A DNA stretch of 63,767 nt, the filler included, from Vannella sp. (Eukaryota): assembly GCA_023345925.1 (NCBI GenBank). It is 7 parts of 7 records of this genome, joined end to end, with 100 filler letters (N's around TTAATTAATTAA, not from the genome) between each part and the next. Parts side by side here need not be neighbours in the genome. Positions count along the whole stretch, not along the records: positions 22,049 to 36,291 come from JAJQQN010000594.1; 6 more parts are not named here. The stretch is one strand, 5' to 3'. A program made the position numbers and the translations under genes. The notes under the pieces were generated by a model. It saw only the letters and a program-made list of their open reading frames with translations, did not search any database and had not been told where the DNA came from. Positions 22,764 to 33,743 of this stretch are shown one piece after another. Each line of letters opens with the position of its first letter. The first letter of the stretch is position 1.

Positions 22764-24932
22764 ATGGCGCACTTTGGGAGGTTCCCTCAGCGTGGTGGGG
22801 CGGCTCCTGTCCGCGCCTTTGATGGGAAGGCATCTGTGATGACGCAGAACCGTCAGGTGAAGGAAGGTGCCACGATTAGGCTTCATTCGAAGGTGAGGGC
22901 GTGAGGGGAGAGGGAGAGAGCTGACGGAGGGGACAGACGTTCGGTGCTTGGGCGAACGTCCACTTGCGCAAGCGGAGTCTTCGTGTGAACGACGTGACGA
23001 AGGATTTGGGGGATGGGTTGCTGCTCATTCAACTGGTGGAGGTTCTTTCGGAGCAGCCTTGCCCTCTAAAGTACAACCGAGCGCCTCGCCTGGCTATCCA
23101 GAAGGTTGAGAACGTGGCTGTAGCATTACAGTTCGTCAACCGCTTCACCAAAGTGAACATTAATCCACAAGGCGAGTGGAACAGACCCTTTTTGAAGGCT
23201 CCTCCAAACTCATCTCCGTTACAGACGTCGTCTCGGGCAACGCGAAGGTGATCTTGGCCCTCCTTTGGCGCCTCATCGTCACATTCCAGATGGTTGCGCG
23301 GACTCCTGCGGGCCAGGATCCATCAGGAGCGTCTGCAGCCGCAATGAAGAAAGAGGCAAAGGAGCAACTGCTGGGCTGGATTAATGGGAAGACGGGGGCG
23401 CAAGTGCATGACCTGGACCGTAGCTTTGACAATGGAATGCTCTTCTGCCTCTTGGTTCATGCGTACGACCCTGCTCTGGTTGATGTGACCCAACTGAACC
23501 CGAATTACCCTCGGGAGAACCTCGATTACGCCTTCAACCTGATCGAGCAGCACCTGGGGATCCCTCAGATGCTCTCTGTAGAAGATATGATCCAACCTGA
23601 CATCACAGCAAGGCCCGACGAACAATGTGTGATGACTTATCTTAGTCAATTCCCTGCTGCCTTCCTCCAACGCCCTACTCCTCAACCACTTGAGGTTGCA
23701 GACGTTGCTTTAGAGATTCCTCTCGCTAGAGACCAGTTCATTGCGCCATCTGACTCCCTGTCAGCTCATCCTTCGGTGGCCAATATGGAGAGCCAAGGAG
23801 GGGCGTATCACTCGCAATCCTCTTTCCCACAACCGCCAAGCGACACTCAAAACAGTGCGCCTTCAAGATATACACTTGGGGGAGATATACCGCTTCCTCC
23901 TACAGTGAATGCGGATTCCTTCGCTCCGCCAGCGCGCCCTCCTGCTGTGAATATTGCCGCCTTCGCCGCACCGAGTCGTCCTCCTGCTCCGGGCAGTTTT
24001 GACCAGATTGGCCAAGTCAATCGGGGGCCTGATGGTTTCTTTGGGGACGGAGGACAGGGCAGTGTCCCACATCGGCCTCCTCCACCACGAAATGACTTGC
24101 TTGATGCGTTTGGTGTCCCAGGGGGAGCCCCTTTTGGGTCTCAATTACCTCCACAGAGGCCCCCGCCACCCCAAACCTTTGGAGACTTTGGTACTTTTGG
24201 GGGCAATCCTGGTCAGGGGCCATTCCCAACCTCATCTGGTATGCCAGAGGAAATACCTGATTGGCGACAAAAGGAATTGGAACTGCAACGCAGAGAGCAG
24301 GAGTTCCTTCGCCAGCAAGCTGATTTCCAACGGCAAAGGGAAGAACACGAGAAGGAAATAGAAGCGCTTCGCCGCCAGTCTCAAATGGCAGCTCCAACGT
24401 CAGCTTCCACAGAAGTTGAGAAGCTCCAGGGTCAGATAGCACAGATGCGATCTGTAGGTTCTAACAAGAACGCCTTTGTCACTACTCATCAGCCAAACAG
24501 GGGACAGTGGCCAAGTTACGGGTGGAGGTCTTATCAGCAAGGAACCTGATGGTTGGGAGTATCATCGCCACACGAGACCCTTATTGCATTGTGACAGTGG
24601 ACAATCAGAAAGAGAAAACGACAGTTATCAGAAAGTCTCTTCATCCCATGTGGAATGCAGAATTCACATTGTAAGCGCCTCGTAGATGGATTTGGCTCCA
24701 CTTTGGCTCACTTTACTTCTTTAGTTACGTTGAAGATGCCAATTGGACAATAACTGCCGTCATTTTCAGCCAAAACAAAGTGACTCATGACGATTTTCTG
24801 GGAAAGGTTGTCATACCCATCCGGCAATTGAAAGAAGGAACTCGTAGAGAAGAGTGGCTCACTTTGCAACCAAAGAAAGCCGGCGCTCCCGTTTCTGGCG
24901 AAGTTCGCCTTGGCCTTTTGTTATTGAGATAG
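22764..24932 (+). CDS. Tandem calponin-homology actin-binding domain, Pro-rich linker, coiled coil and C2 domain protein
   Basis: TFGAWANVHL, DLGDGLLLIQLVEVLS and PDEQCVMTYLSQF (CH1-CH2); DPYCIVTV and DDFLGKVVIPI (C2); TAG at 24930-24932. Confidence 0.85.
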
Positions 24933-25116
24933 CCAGTAACCCGAGATGTGAGGTGAAGGTGAAGAATACTATTAAACTTGGAAAGAGAACACTCAGTCTT
25001 ACTTACATCCCAGAACATCAAAGAGGAAGGCGACCATCCATCCTCATTCCTCCCTCTCACTCGACCATAGCTGGTACTGAGAAAGAAACGTACTATTCAG
25101 CTTAATAATTATAGTG

Positions 25117-28100
25117 TTATTGTACGTCAGGGAATCCCAGTTCGATGTGGCGAACAGTTTCAAGAAGATATCGGTCAAATTGCCTCAAGAACTTGACAAA
25201 TAGGAGAGGGTGTTGCTCTTGGAGAGCATCTAATTGAGATGAGTCAAATTGGTAATAACTTCCATCTTCAAGAGCAGTCACTTCAGTGGAGTTGGTTGTC
25301 TTAAACGCCCAATCAAACTCCCCAAAGTATGAACCCGGTTTTCGTACTCCAAGATCAACTTTGGTGTCATTGGCCATGGTGTGGCGTTGTACATTGAATG
25401 TCCCTTTCTCAACAAGGTAGAGGTGATTGTCAGAAGTGCCTTGGCGTTGCGCCTTGAATCCAGAGAGAACACAACACCGTTTGCCAAAGGAATGAATTTG
25501 CTCCCAATCGGCTGGGGTTAGCTCTTGAGGGGCAGTGTTAGACTGCTCTGCACCAGAAGTATGAACCAAAACGCTTAGCAGATGAACCACTTCTCCCACA
25601 ACGGCCGGTCCGGCAAACTCTAAAACCATATTTGGAGAATTGGTGCATTGAATCTCCAATGAGCGGTCTGTGGTAAGCTGGAACGAGAGAATATTGCAAT
25701 AGGGAACACGAGCTTGGTTTGAAACAAAGCCCAAAATGGTTTGGAAAACGATGACCACGTCTGCCAAAAGAACAATTGTGGCACTTCGAACATCTCTGCC
25801 AAGTTTGCAGGGATATTGACCCAGAATAACTTGTCCATCACATAGCTTGAGCTTCGTCATGAGGTCTCTAATAATTGGGTCGTCATTGGAGTCTTCCCAA
25901 GTATGGGAATCACTCTTCTGAGTGTGAGATTCTCTGAAACTGGCACATTGCTTGTAGGTTCGAGTTTCTTTCTTCCGCACGTTGTGCGCGTAGAGCAAGC
26001 AGAAGGTCCACTGGAGGGAATCGTACATGACTGTCCGGTAGAATCGGACAGCAAGCTGCGGGTTTCTGAGAAAAGTGTTGCTGAGAAGAGTATGTTCAAT
26101 CCGAGTGGCGATGCAAACGTCGCTGTGTGCCATGAAGCGTATTGATTTGCTTTGTGCTGCATAACTGGGTCCCAAAAGGAAGGCAGTTTCTCCAAACCAG
26201 TCGCCTCTGCTGTAATTAGAAAAAGAGAACAAGGGAGGAAAGGAATCTTACTTGTGCAATACATGCGTTGGCTCCCAAACGCCTTGTAACAACCGCTCGA
26301 CTCGAACACTCCCCTGATCAATAATAAACAAAGCGTTAGGCATCTCCTCGCATGCTTGGTCGTTAAACGAAAAGGCGACTTTGGAGCCTCCAATCTTCAT
26401 CATACTCCGCTGACATTCACCAAACAGATGGGCTTTCATGTGCTTCATGACAGAGAAGGAGAGGTCCATCAAGATCCTTCCCTGGTTGGAGCGGAGGCTA
26501 TTGAGAACCCCTTGAATGGAGCTCTTCCAGAAGAGAAAATCGTAGGGTATCTGAGACGGACGACAGATGTGAGTTGCCAATGTGATAAACGGCTCCTTAT
26601 CTTGGAGCTGAGGCTCCTTAATCTCAATGTAAGGGTCGCTCCCGCCATGAAAGGCAACATGACACGTTTCCAGCTGAACTTTCCAATTCGCTCGTAGCTT
26701 TCCACCTTTCCGGGCAGAGGCACAAAGAAGAAGATCATTGAAAACAAACAATGTACACACTTCTGTCTCCGGAGGGTGGACTCCCCGTTTGTGAAGGATT
26801 TCCTGTTCCACTTCGCCCTGACAATGTTGTTAGCAAACCACCAAATGCAAAACTCGAGTGATATCAATAGAAGAGAGGGCCTCAGGGATGCTTGTGTCAA
26901 CAGAAGTTCAGTTCTCAAAGATTATCCACATCATCGGCCCCCCAAAAGAGAAATTCTCCGAATAGTGGAGAAGGGCAAAGGGAGAATACGATTATGGGAG
27001 TTGGATGAGAAAGCACTTACTTGTGTGACTAAAGAGCGACTTTTGGTCATAAGGTCGATTTGAGAGTCCTTTTGGAACATATTGGCGATCTGTTGGAGTC
27101 TATCTTGAGCTTCCATTCGGCATGTCGATTCATTCATTGACTCTGCAAGCGCTACCATCTTCTGTAATGCGGTTTGGAGGAGCTCTTTGTCCTTGTGAGA
27201 GGGCGGAGTGGCTTTGATAAGATCCCGTAAGAGCAACTGGTATCGGGGAATCCGTTGAACCGGTGCCACAAGAAGAGAACTCAGACTGTGGTTATCACAG
27301 AGCGCTTGCTTTTGCCGTGCAAACTCTGCAAATGGAGACTCCTTCTGAAACGCTTCTCGAATGCGCCCCAAAGCACCTTCGTAAGTGTCAACGTACTCGT
27401 GGTACACTCGAGAGAGCTCTCCTTCCTCCAATACTTGGATGAATAGATCACCAATGGTCGTCTCATCAGACCAAGCAGCAGGATGAATGCGTACTTCTAT
27501 GGACTCGAGGAGCTTTTGACTGAAACGGCAAACCGCTTCGATGTTGCCGAAGATGCCGGAAAGCTCTTCGAGGGAGAGGACTTGGTTGGCCGTACCCATA
27601 CGACTGAACAGGGGCTTGATGAAGATGAGGTTGACCATGTGCATGCTTGTCACGTACGACCGCTCGGTGTCGCGTAGTTCTTGAATGATTCGGAACCGTT
27701 TGAGGTCTTCTGGGACCACGTGGAGCTCTCCAGAGGATTGGGTGTGTAGTAGGTGTAGCCCTCCTTCTCTTTCAAAGGATGAGATGGTCTCTCCTGTCTT
27801 TCCAACGGAGAGGGAGGCCGATCGCATGCGAGGGGAGAGGAGTTCATCCATGGAGCTATGGTTAGAGATCGAAGGACCCAGGAAGAAGTCCGATACGCTG
27901 CTTTGGCGTGATATAAACACTTGGCTTTGTGCTCTATCCCGCAGACCCTTCGATTGTTCTTCGTTTCGGGGGCTGGGGAGACTTTCGTGTCCCGTTGAGA
28001 GGAGCATCACCACGGGAGACTTGTTGAAGCGTGATGAGATAGTCCGTGTCAACCCGTTCTTCTTCTTCTTAGCTCGAGGCTGTGGGGAAACCTCACGAGA

Positions 28101-28517
28101 GGACTCGCTCTCGCTTAGGTCGCCTGCGAAGATACGTCGAAAGCGCGTTGCAGAAGAGCTGGTGTTCCTCTTCAGGTTAGGTTTGCCGTCTCCCTTCGCT
28201 TCAGTAACAGCAGAGAGGTTCAGAGTGAAGGCTTGTTTTGGGAGAGGAGAGGCATCCTCTGTTCTCGAACGAGAAGCAGCCTCTAGCGAATGGAAGCGAT
28301 CGCTACGAGGCGAAGGTGTACGATTCGACTCTGTTGAGCTCAGTGAACGTTTTCTCATGGTCCTCCCGGTGACTTCTGCGGGGGTTGGCAACCCACGCTG
28401 GGGCGCGACTCCTCTGGGAGAGACTTTCACTTTCGGCTGTGCCCTGTGAGGACGTGCAGGAGAGGATGTTAACTCGTCCTCCAGAGCAAGAGAAGCAGCC
28501 AGTCTCCCCTGAGCCAT
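25117..28517 (-). CDS. RhoGEF: DH-PH followed by CNB-GRAM-CNB
   Basis: IIQELRDTERSYV and PVQRIPRYQLLL (DH); LFVFNDLLL (PH); LFIIDQGSV..GDWFGE and LYLVEKG..GSYFGE (two CNBs) flank a GRAM/PH-like segment. Confidence 0.85.
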
Positions 28518-28792
28518 ACTTCAGAAATGATCCAAAAATGGGCTCGAGAATTCACCTAACCACTGTTGTTTTGAAACTTTTCCTTCTTTGAGCTTTTTGG
28601 CCTTTCTGGTTGAAACTGTTAGATTTTACCCACTCGTTTCCGCATTGAAATAAATGCCTTTTTCGAGCCGGATTTCGGGCTTGTCCTAATCAGGGGGTCG
28701 CTCTATCTTTGTCTGACCAATCAGGAGGTAAACGTAAAGACGAGGTGGAACTTCGCTTCTACTTTGGTTCTTTTATGTATGAAACCTTGCCG

Positions 28793-30608
28793 TTAACGCA
28801 TGCCACGTCCTCCAGGAGCGCCAGGCATCTCATTGTTGGCACCGGGATTCTTAATAGTTTCATCCACAGAGAGGATGAGACAGGCAGCCTCCGTGGCGGC
28901 GGTGAACGAGTTGAGTTTGACCTGAGCGGGCTCCCAAACAAAGGATTCAAAGGTGTCACAGATGGTGTCATTGAGAATGTCAACGCCGAACCACTTGCCA
29001 TCCTCTGGATGCTGGTGAGTATCTGGAGAGCTACCAAAAGGCCAACCATTGCTTACCTTGGGTGTGACGCTGGCGAAGCTTGTTGAGGATTGTAGTCGCA
29101 TCTAGTCCCGAGTTGTCACTGATCTGGTGAGGGATGATCTCCAGAGCTTTGGCAAAGGCATTGATGATAAGCTGCTGCTTGCCGTGGATGGTTCGAGAGT
29201 ACTCGCGCAGGTACTTGCTCACTTCCATCTCCAAAGCACCTCCACCAGCAACTACATCAGTGTGGTTACGAGCACGACGGACGACCATCACTGCATCGTG
29301 GACGGAACGGTCCATCTCAGCAATGAACTGTTCACCTCCACCACGAAGAATCATAGTGGCAGTCTTGGCTTGGGTGCAACCACTAAAGACATTGAAGCGC
29401 TCCTTACCAATCTGTCGCTCCTCGAAGAGGGCGCATGTGCCCAGAACGTTCTCTGTCAGATCCGAGGTTGTTGTCTGGATTGTGGCGCCGGTGGCCTTGC
29501 CAAGACGCTTCATGTCGTCATCTTGAACGCGACCACCACAGAAGATGTTACGATCAGCAAAGTACTGAGTGGCGAGGTCACCAATAGCAAGGCGGGACAG
29601 AACAATCTGGGCTCCGCTATTAACGATGTCATCCAGCTTGTTGAAGATGATAGTCCACTCCGCATCCACCATACGCTTGTATTCTTCATGGCCCTCTACA
29701 CGGATCTCAGCATTGTCCTTCTCTGCACGAAGTTCCAACTCAATGTTGAGGAGAACGATCTTTGGTTGCTCAAATCGTTTGGGCTGTTGCTCGAAACCAG
29801 CGTAAGAGAAGAGCTTCTTCAACGCGACTCCCTCAACTAGGACAGAGTCTTCCATGGATCCACCGGGAACCTTCTTGATGCCGATCAGCGTGATGTCCTG
29901 ATCAGAGTCGAGATGCAGAACAGCGTCAACTACCATAGGAGCGAAGAAAGCCTTGTGGCTTCCAATAAGCTTTGAGTTCAAAGCTGTGCCAGCACACTTG
30001 ATAAGCATTGATCGCAAAGCACTAACCCCCAAAGCGTGTCAATGAGGCCCATCTCTTTGCAGTAAATAGAGAAAAATAGTGTCCGAGAGAAGGTGTCACT
30101 CACCCTTCTTCTGTTTCGTTCAACTTGACGGACAGCTCGTTGATCTTCTTCTTGGCAAGCTCGCATGCTGTTCGGAGTCCCTTGATGATGGTTGTGGGGT
30201 GGACAGAGTCCTCTACGAATTGCTTTGATTGTTTCAGAAGCTCTCCTGCAAGCACAACGACGGAAGTAGTTCCATCTCCAACCTCCTCGTCTTGAGAGCG
30301 GGCGATGTCAACAAGCGTCTTGGCAGCAGGGTGGACGATCTCCAGGAGTCTCATGATAGTAGCACCATCATTCGAAATGGTTACACCAGTTCCACTACCG
30401 TAAACCAGCTTATCCATACCACGAGGGCCCAAAGTGGTGCGGATGGTGTCCACAATTCCACAGCAAGCGTTGATGTTGCTGATCAACTGCGGCTTACCCT
30501 GCGAAGTGTCGGTTCCGTCCTTCAACAGGAGGATGGTTGGTTGCTACGCCCTCCCCATCAATACAACATCCTCCCAAACGCCAGGGTGCGCACCAGCATG
30601 TGACTCAT
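28793..30608 (-). CDS. CCT7: T-complex protein 1 subunit eta
   Basis: [35 protein letters not shown] and [11 protein letters not shown]. Confidence 0.97.
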
Positions 30609-30690
30609 AGCGGCAGAACAAAGACTCTCGAGACTCAAACACAAGTAAACAGTCATTTAGTAATTATAAGGGTCAAGTTGGTGGCCGTTC

Positions 30691-31969
30691 TCACTCCAAC
30701 ACGATGACGTCTTGGTCGGCCTTCTTTGGCTTCTTTCTCGCTGGAGGGTCGGGTTCCTGTGTTTCTGAGGCTACTGGAGGGTCTCGCTTGCGAGTGGAGC
30801 GGGGCTTCTTGGTGGGGATGGTGAGAGCGGCGAGGTCGCCTTCGTTGGGGAGCAGAACTGGTGGGTTGACCGCAAACTGTTGCGTTGAACGAAACCAAAC
30901 CATTCGGTTGTTACTGTCTTTGTACTTGAGAGACTCGCGTTGAGAATAGACGTGTAATACACTTGACGGAGATTGCATCTCCCTGCAAACGTCCCTGCAC
31001 AGCTGCAGGATCACACTTGAATGGAAGTCAAAAGTGGAAGGGTCAGGGAGCATCACGGGCTCCTTCGTCGTGTCGCTTGGAAGAGGCGAAGAAACCAAAA
31101 GAGAGTGGAATGCTGTTTCCATGGGCTGCTCAAAAGGGGTAAGATATTGATATTTCCCTTATTTCCTCGTGTGCTTCTGGTCAAAGGGAAGAAGGAAGAA
31201 GTACTGACGTGGATGTTAGCTCTAAAGAGGATCTCTGCTCGAAGATAGTTTCCGATACCATTAAAATACTTTTGGTTCAGCAGTGTGACAGCAATGGACT
31301 GTCTTTGGAAGGCTTTCCTTGAAACAGAGGATTGGAATGCACTTTGGATGCGTTCTACAAAGGCCTCGTACTCCCAGGTAGGATCAGGAGAGCGATTATC
31401 ACTAAAGTCTGACTTCCAGACCCACCCTCCGAATCGCAGTTTGTTGTAATGCCTAGAGGGTCCTATGTCAGCATGATAAAGAAGCAATTGGGGTATCGGA
31501 CATCATCTTTGAGCCATCTTCTGCCTCGAATGTCAAAAGTGTGTACTTGGGAGGCTCCTTTTGAGAGTTCTTTGTTGTGTCATACTTCCAACCCCCATTC
31601 TAACACAGTTAGAAGAAGACATAACTCGGTAAAGACGTACCAGTCCCATGGTCATGACGAGATGATCGTTTGGGCACGCTTCCGCACTCCCCTCGGCTGG
31701 CAGGAACTTGATGGCTAACTCCTGGTACACTTTCAGGAACAAAGCTCGCGGGAGGGCACGTATTCTACCTTTCCACGGCTGGAAGCAGACAGGCGGAAGG
31801 GTTGAAAGGGAGGAAGGACTTCCATGTTCTTGCTGATCGGAGCTTTCGTCACCTTCGTGAACGTACGAGCCTTGCAGACTACAAGGGTTACTCATTGCTC
31901 GTTAACCACCCAATGCATACACTTGTTGATGCCCTGAGCCATCTTCAAAATCTCTGGAAGCTCCGGCAT
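30691..31969 (-). CDS. NEIL1: Endonuclease VIII-like 1 DNA glycosylase
   Basis: N-terminal MPELPE, SASSRGK, H2TH motif LLNQKYFNGIGNYLRAEIL, and zincless-finger-like KDSNNRMVWF. Confidence 0.88.
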
Positions 31970-31981
31970 GAGGGAGAAAGT

Positions 31982-32012
31982 GAGGGGAAATGCACCAGAG
32001 GGCATTTCCCCT
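31982..32012. promoter_or_regulatory. Inverted pair of AGGGGAAATGC motifs in the NEIL1/RhoGEF divergent spacer
   Basis: GAGGGGAAATGCACC..GGGCATTTCCCCT; same core as the 15221-15300 array. Confidence 0.55.
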
Positions 32013-32051
32013 TTTCGGATTTGGGCGGGAACATCATTCGTTGGGAGGATC

Positions 32052-33252
32052 ATGGGCAGCGCGTTGGGGTTAGAGCGGAGGAAACCAGAAAGCATTGATG
32101 AAAAGGACAACATGGAGCGGAGAGTGGTCATTGATGAGCTGTTGCACACAGAGGAGCTGTATGTGGATGCGTTAAGGACGGTTGTAAACGAGTTTCTGGG
32201 CCCACTCTCGCGTCGTCGCTCTCTGTTGAAGAGTAAATACATACCCATCATCTTCAGCAACGTTGAAAAGCTCTATCAACTCCATCAAAGCTTCTTTGAG
32301 ACACTCCAAGCAGAATGCTCTGCCAACCCTTCGTGCCGAATTGGAGCTCTGATGCTCAGCGCAGTAAGACACCTCTTACCCTGCAGAAAGCGATCCACTA
32401 ACCACCACATGAAGGTTGAGCAACTGGGAGAGTACTCCAAGTACCTTAACAACTATGAAAATGCCCAAAAAGCACTTCAAAAAGTATCTCAGAAGTCGCT
32501 GCCTTTGCACCGGTTCCTTGAAAGCAAAGAAAAGTCTCTTCCTAATCTGTTAGTGTACCCAATAGGTGTGAGTATACATCTGCATTGATTGAGGGTGATT
32601 CCTATCTGACCTAGAAGGTGGAGCGGGTTCCAAGGTACTCGCTTCTTCTGCGAGAGATTCTCAAATCTACGAACCAGAGTCACCCAGATTACAAGTCCTG
32701 CGAGGCTGCTCTGGGGAAGATGACAGAGCTGTCTCGATTCCTCTGTCGCGAGATGGAGATCACAGAAAGTCTCCGATTGCTCACTGAACTTGAAGATTCT
32801 TTCACTGGAGATTGCCAGGTACGACATAGTCTTTTGCTAGAAGGCTCCTTTCCACTCACTGATTGATTGAAGATTGTTTCTCGAGGTCGGAGATTCATTC
32901 AACAGGGTGACTTGGCCACCAGCGAAAACGAGAGAGAGAGAAGCAGCGTCCACTTCTTCCTTTTTAACGACCTTTTATTGATAGCCAAGCAGCAGAGGAG
33001 CAGGTTTGTGAAGAGATGGAAGATTACTGTGCGTGCCAATCTGATGGACACTAAAGCGGATGCATTTGAAGGTAAGCTTAAGACTTCCAGGAGGGAGACA
33101 CTGACTAGATTCCTTCAGATCGAGGTCTTTCAATCACTACTCTGGGATCGGAATCTTCTTTTCTCTTCGAGACTCGAGACCTTCGGGATCAGTGGCTCGA
33201 TGACCTCTCGAACCTCCAAAAACAACTTCTTGCTCCATCTGCTGGAAACTAG
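32052..33252 (+). CDS. Small DH-PH RhoGEF (4 introns), possible N-myristoylation
   Basis: MGSA start, VIDELLHTEELYV, PIG|RVPRYSLLL, HFFLFNDLLL and RDQWLDDL. Confidence 0.85.
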
Positions 33253-33743
33253 TTGGGGACTTTCATGTCACCTTAGTTTGTCCATGCTTTCCTACAACTG
33301 CACCAGTCACTATATACTCATCAATTCCCAAGTGCTTCCACGCTGCATTCTCGAGATTGTTGGGTAGTAAGTAAAGTTAATACACTTTGTGGCCAAATGA
33401 CTCGAGAGATGGTGTTCTCCGAGAGCTAAACCCCAAGACACTATATCGTCCTTCAGCCTATTCTACTGGTGCAGAGGAATATTCTGCCATGCTAGAACCA
33501 GTCTTCTCAAAGTGCATTGGCTTCCTCTGCGCTTAAGCATCATATAGAAAAGCTCATCAGGTGACTCTTTTCAAGAAATGGACAAGGGAAGGTTGGACCT
33601 GCTTTTCCTTGATTCGCTGTAATCATTTGGCGTGGCACTCTTTCTTCCATGCATCTCATTTCCTGATAGTTCAATGAAACGGAGTCGGACAGTCGTAATC
33701 TGATCTTTGGAAGCCTCAGTTCCAAACGGCCACGGGTAAAGGC

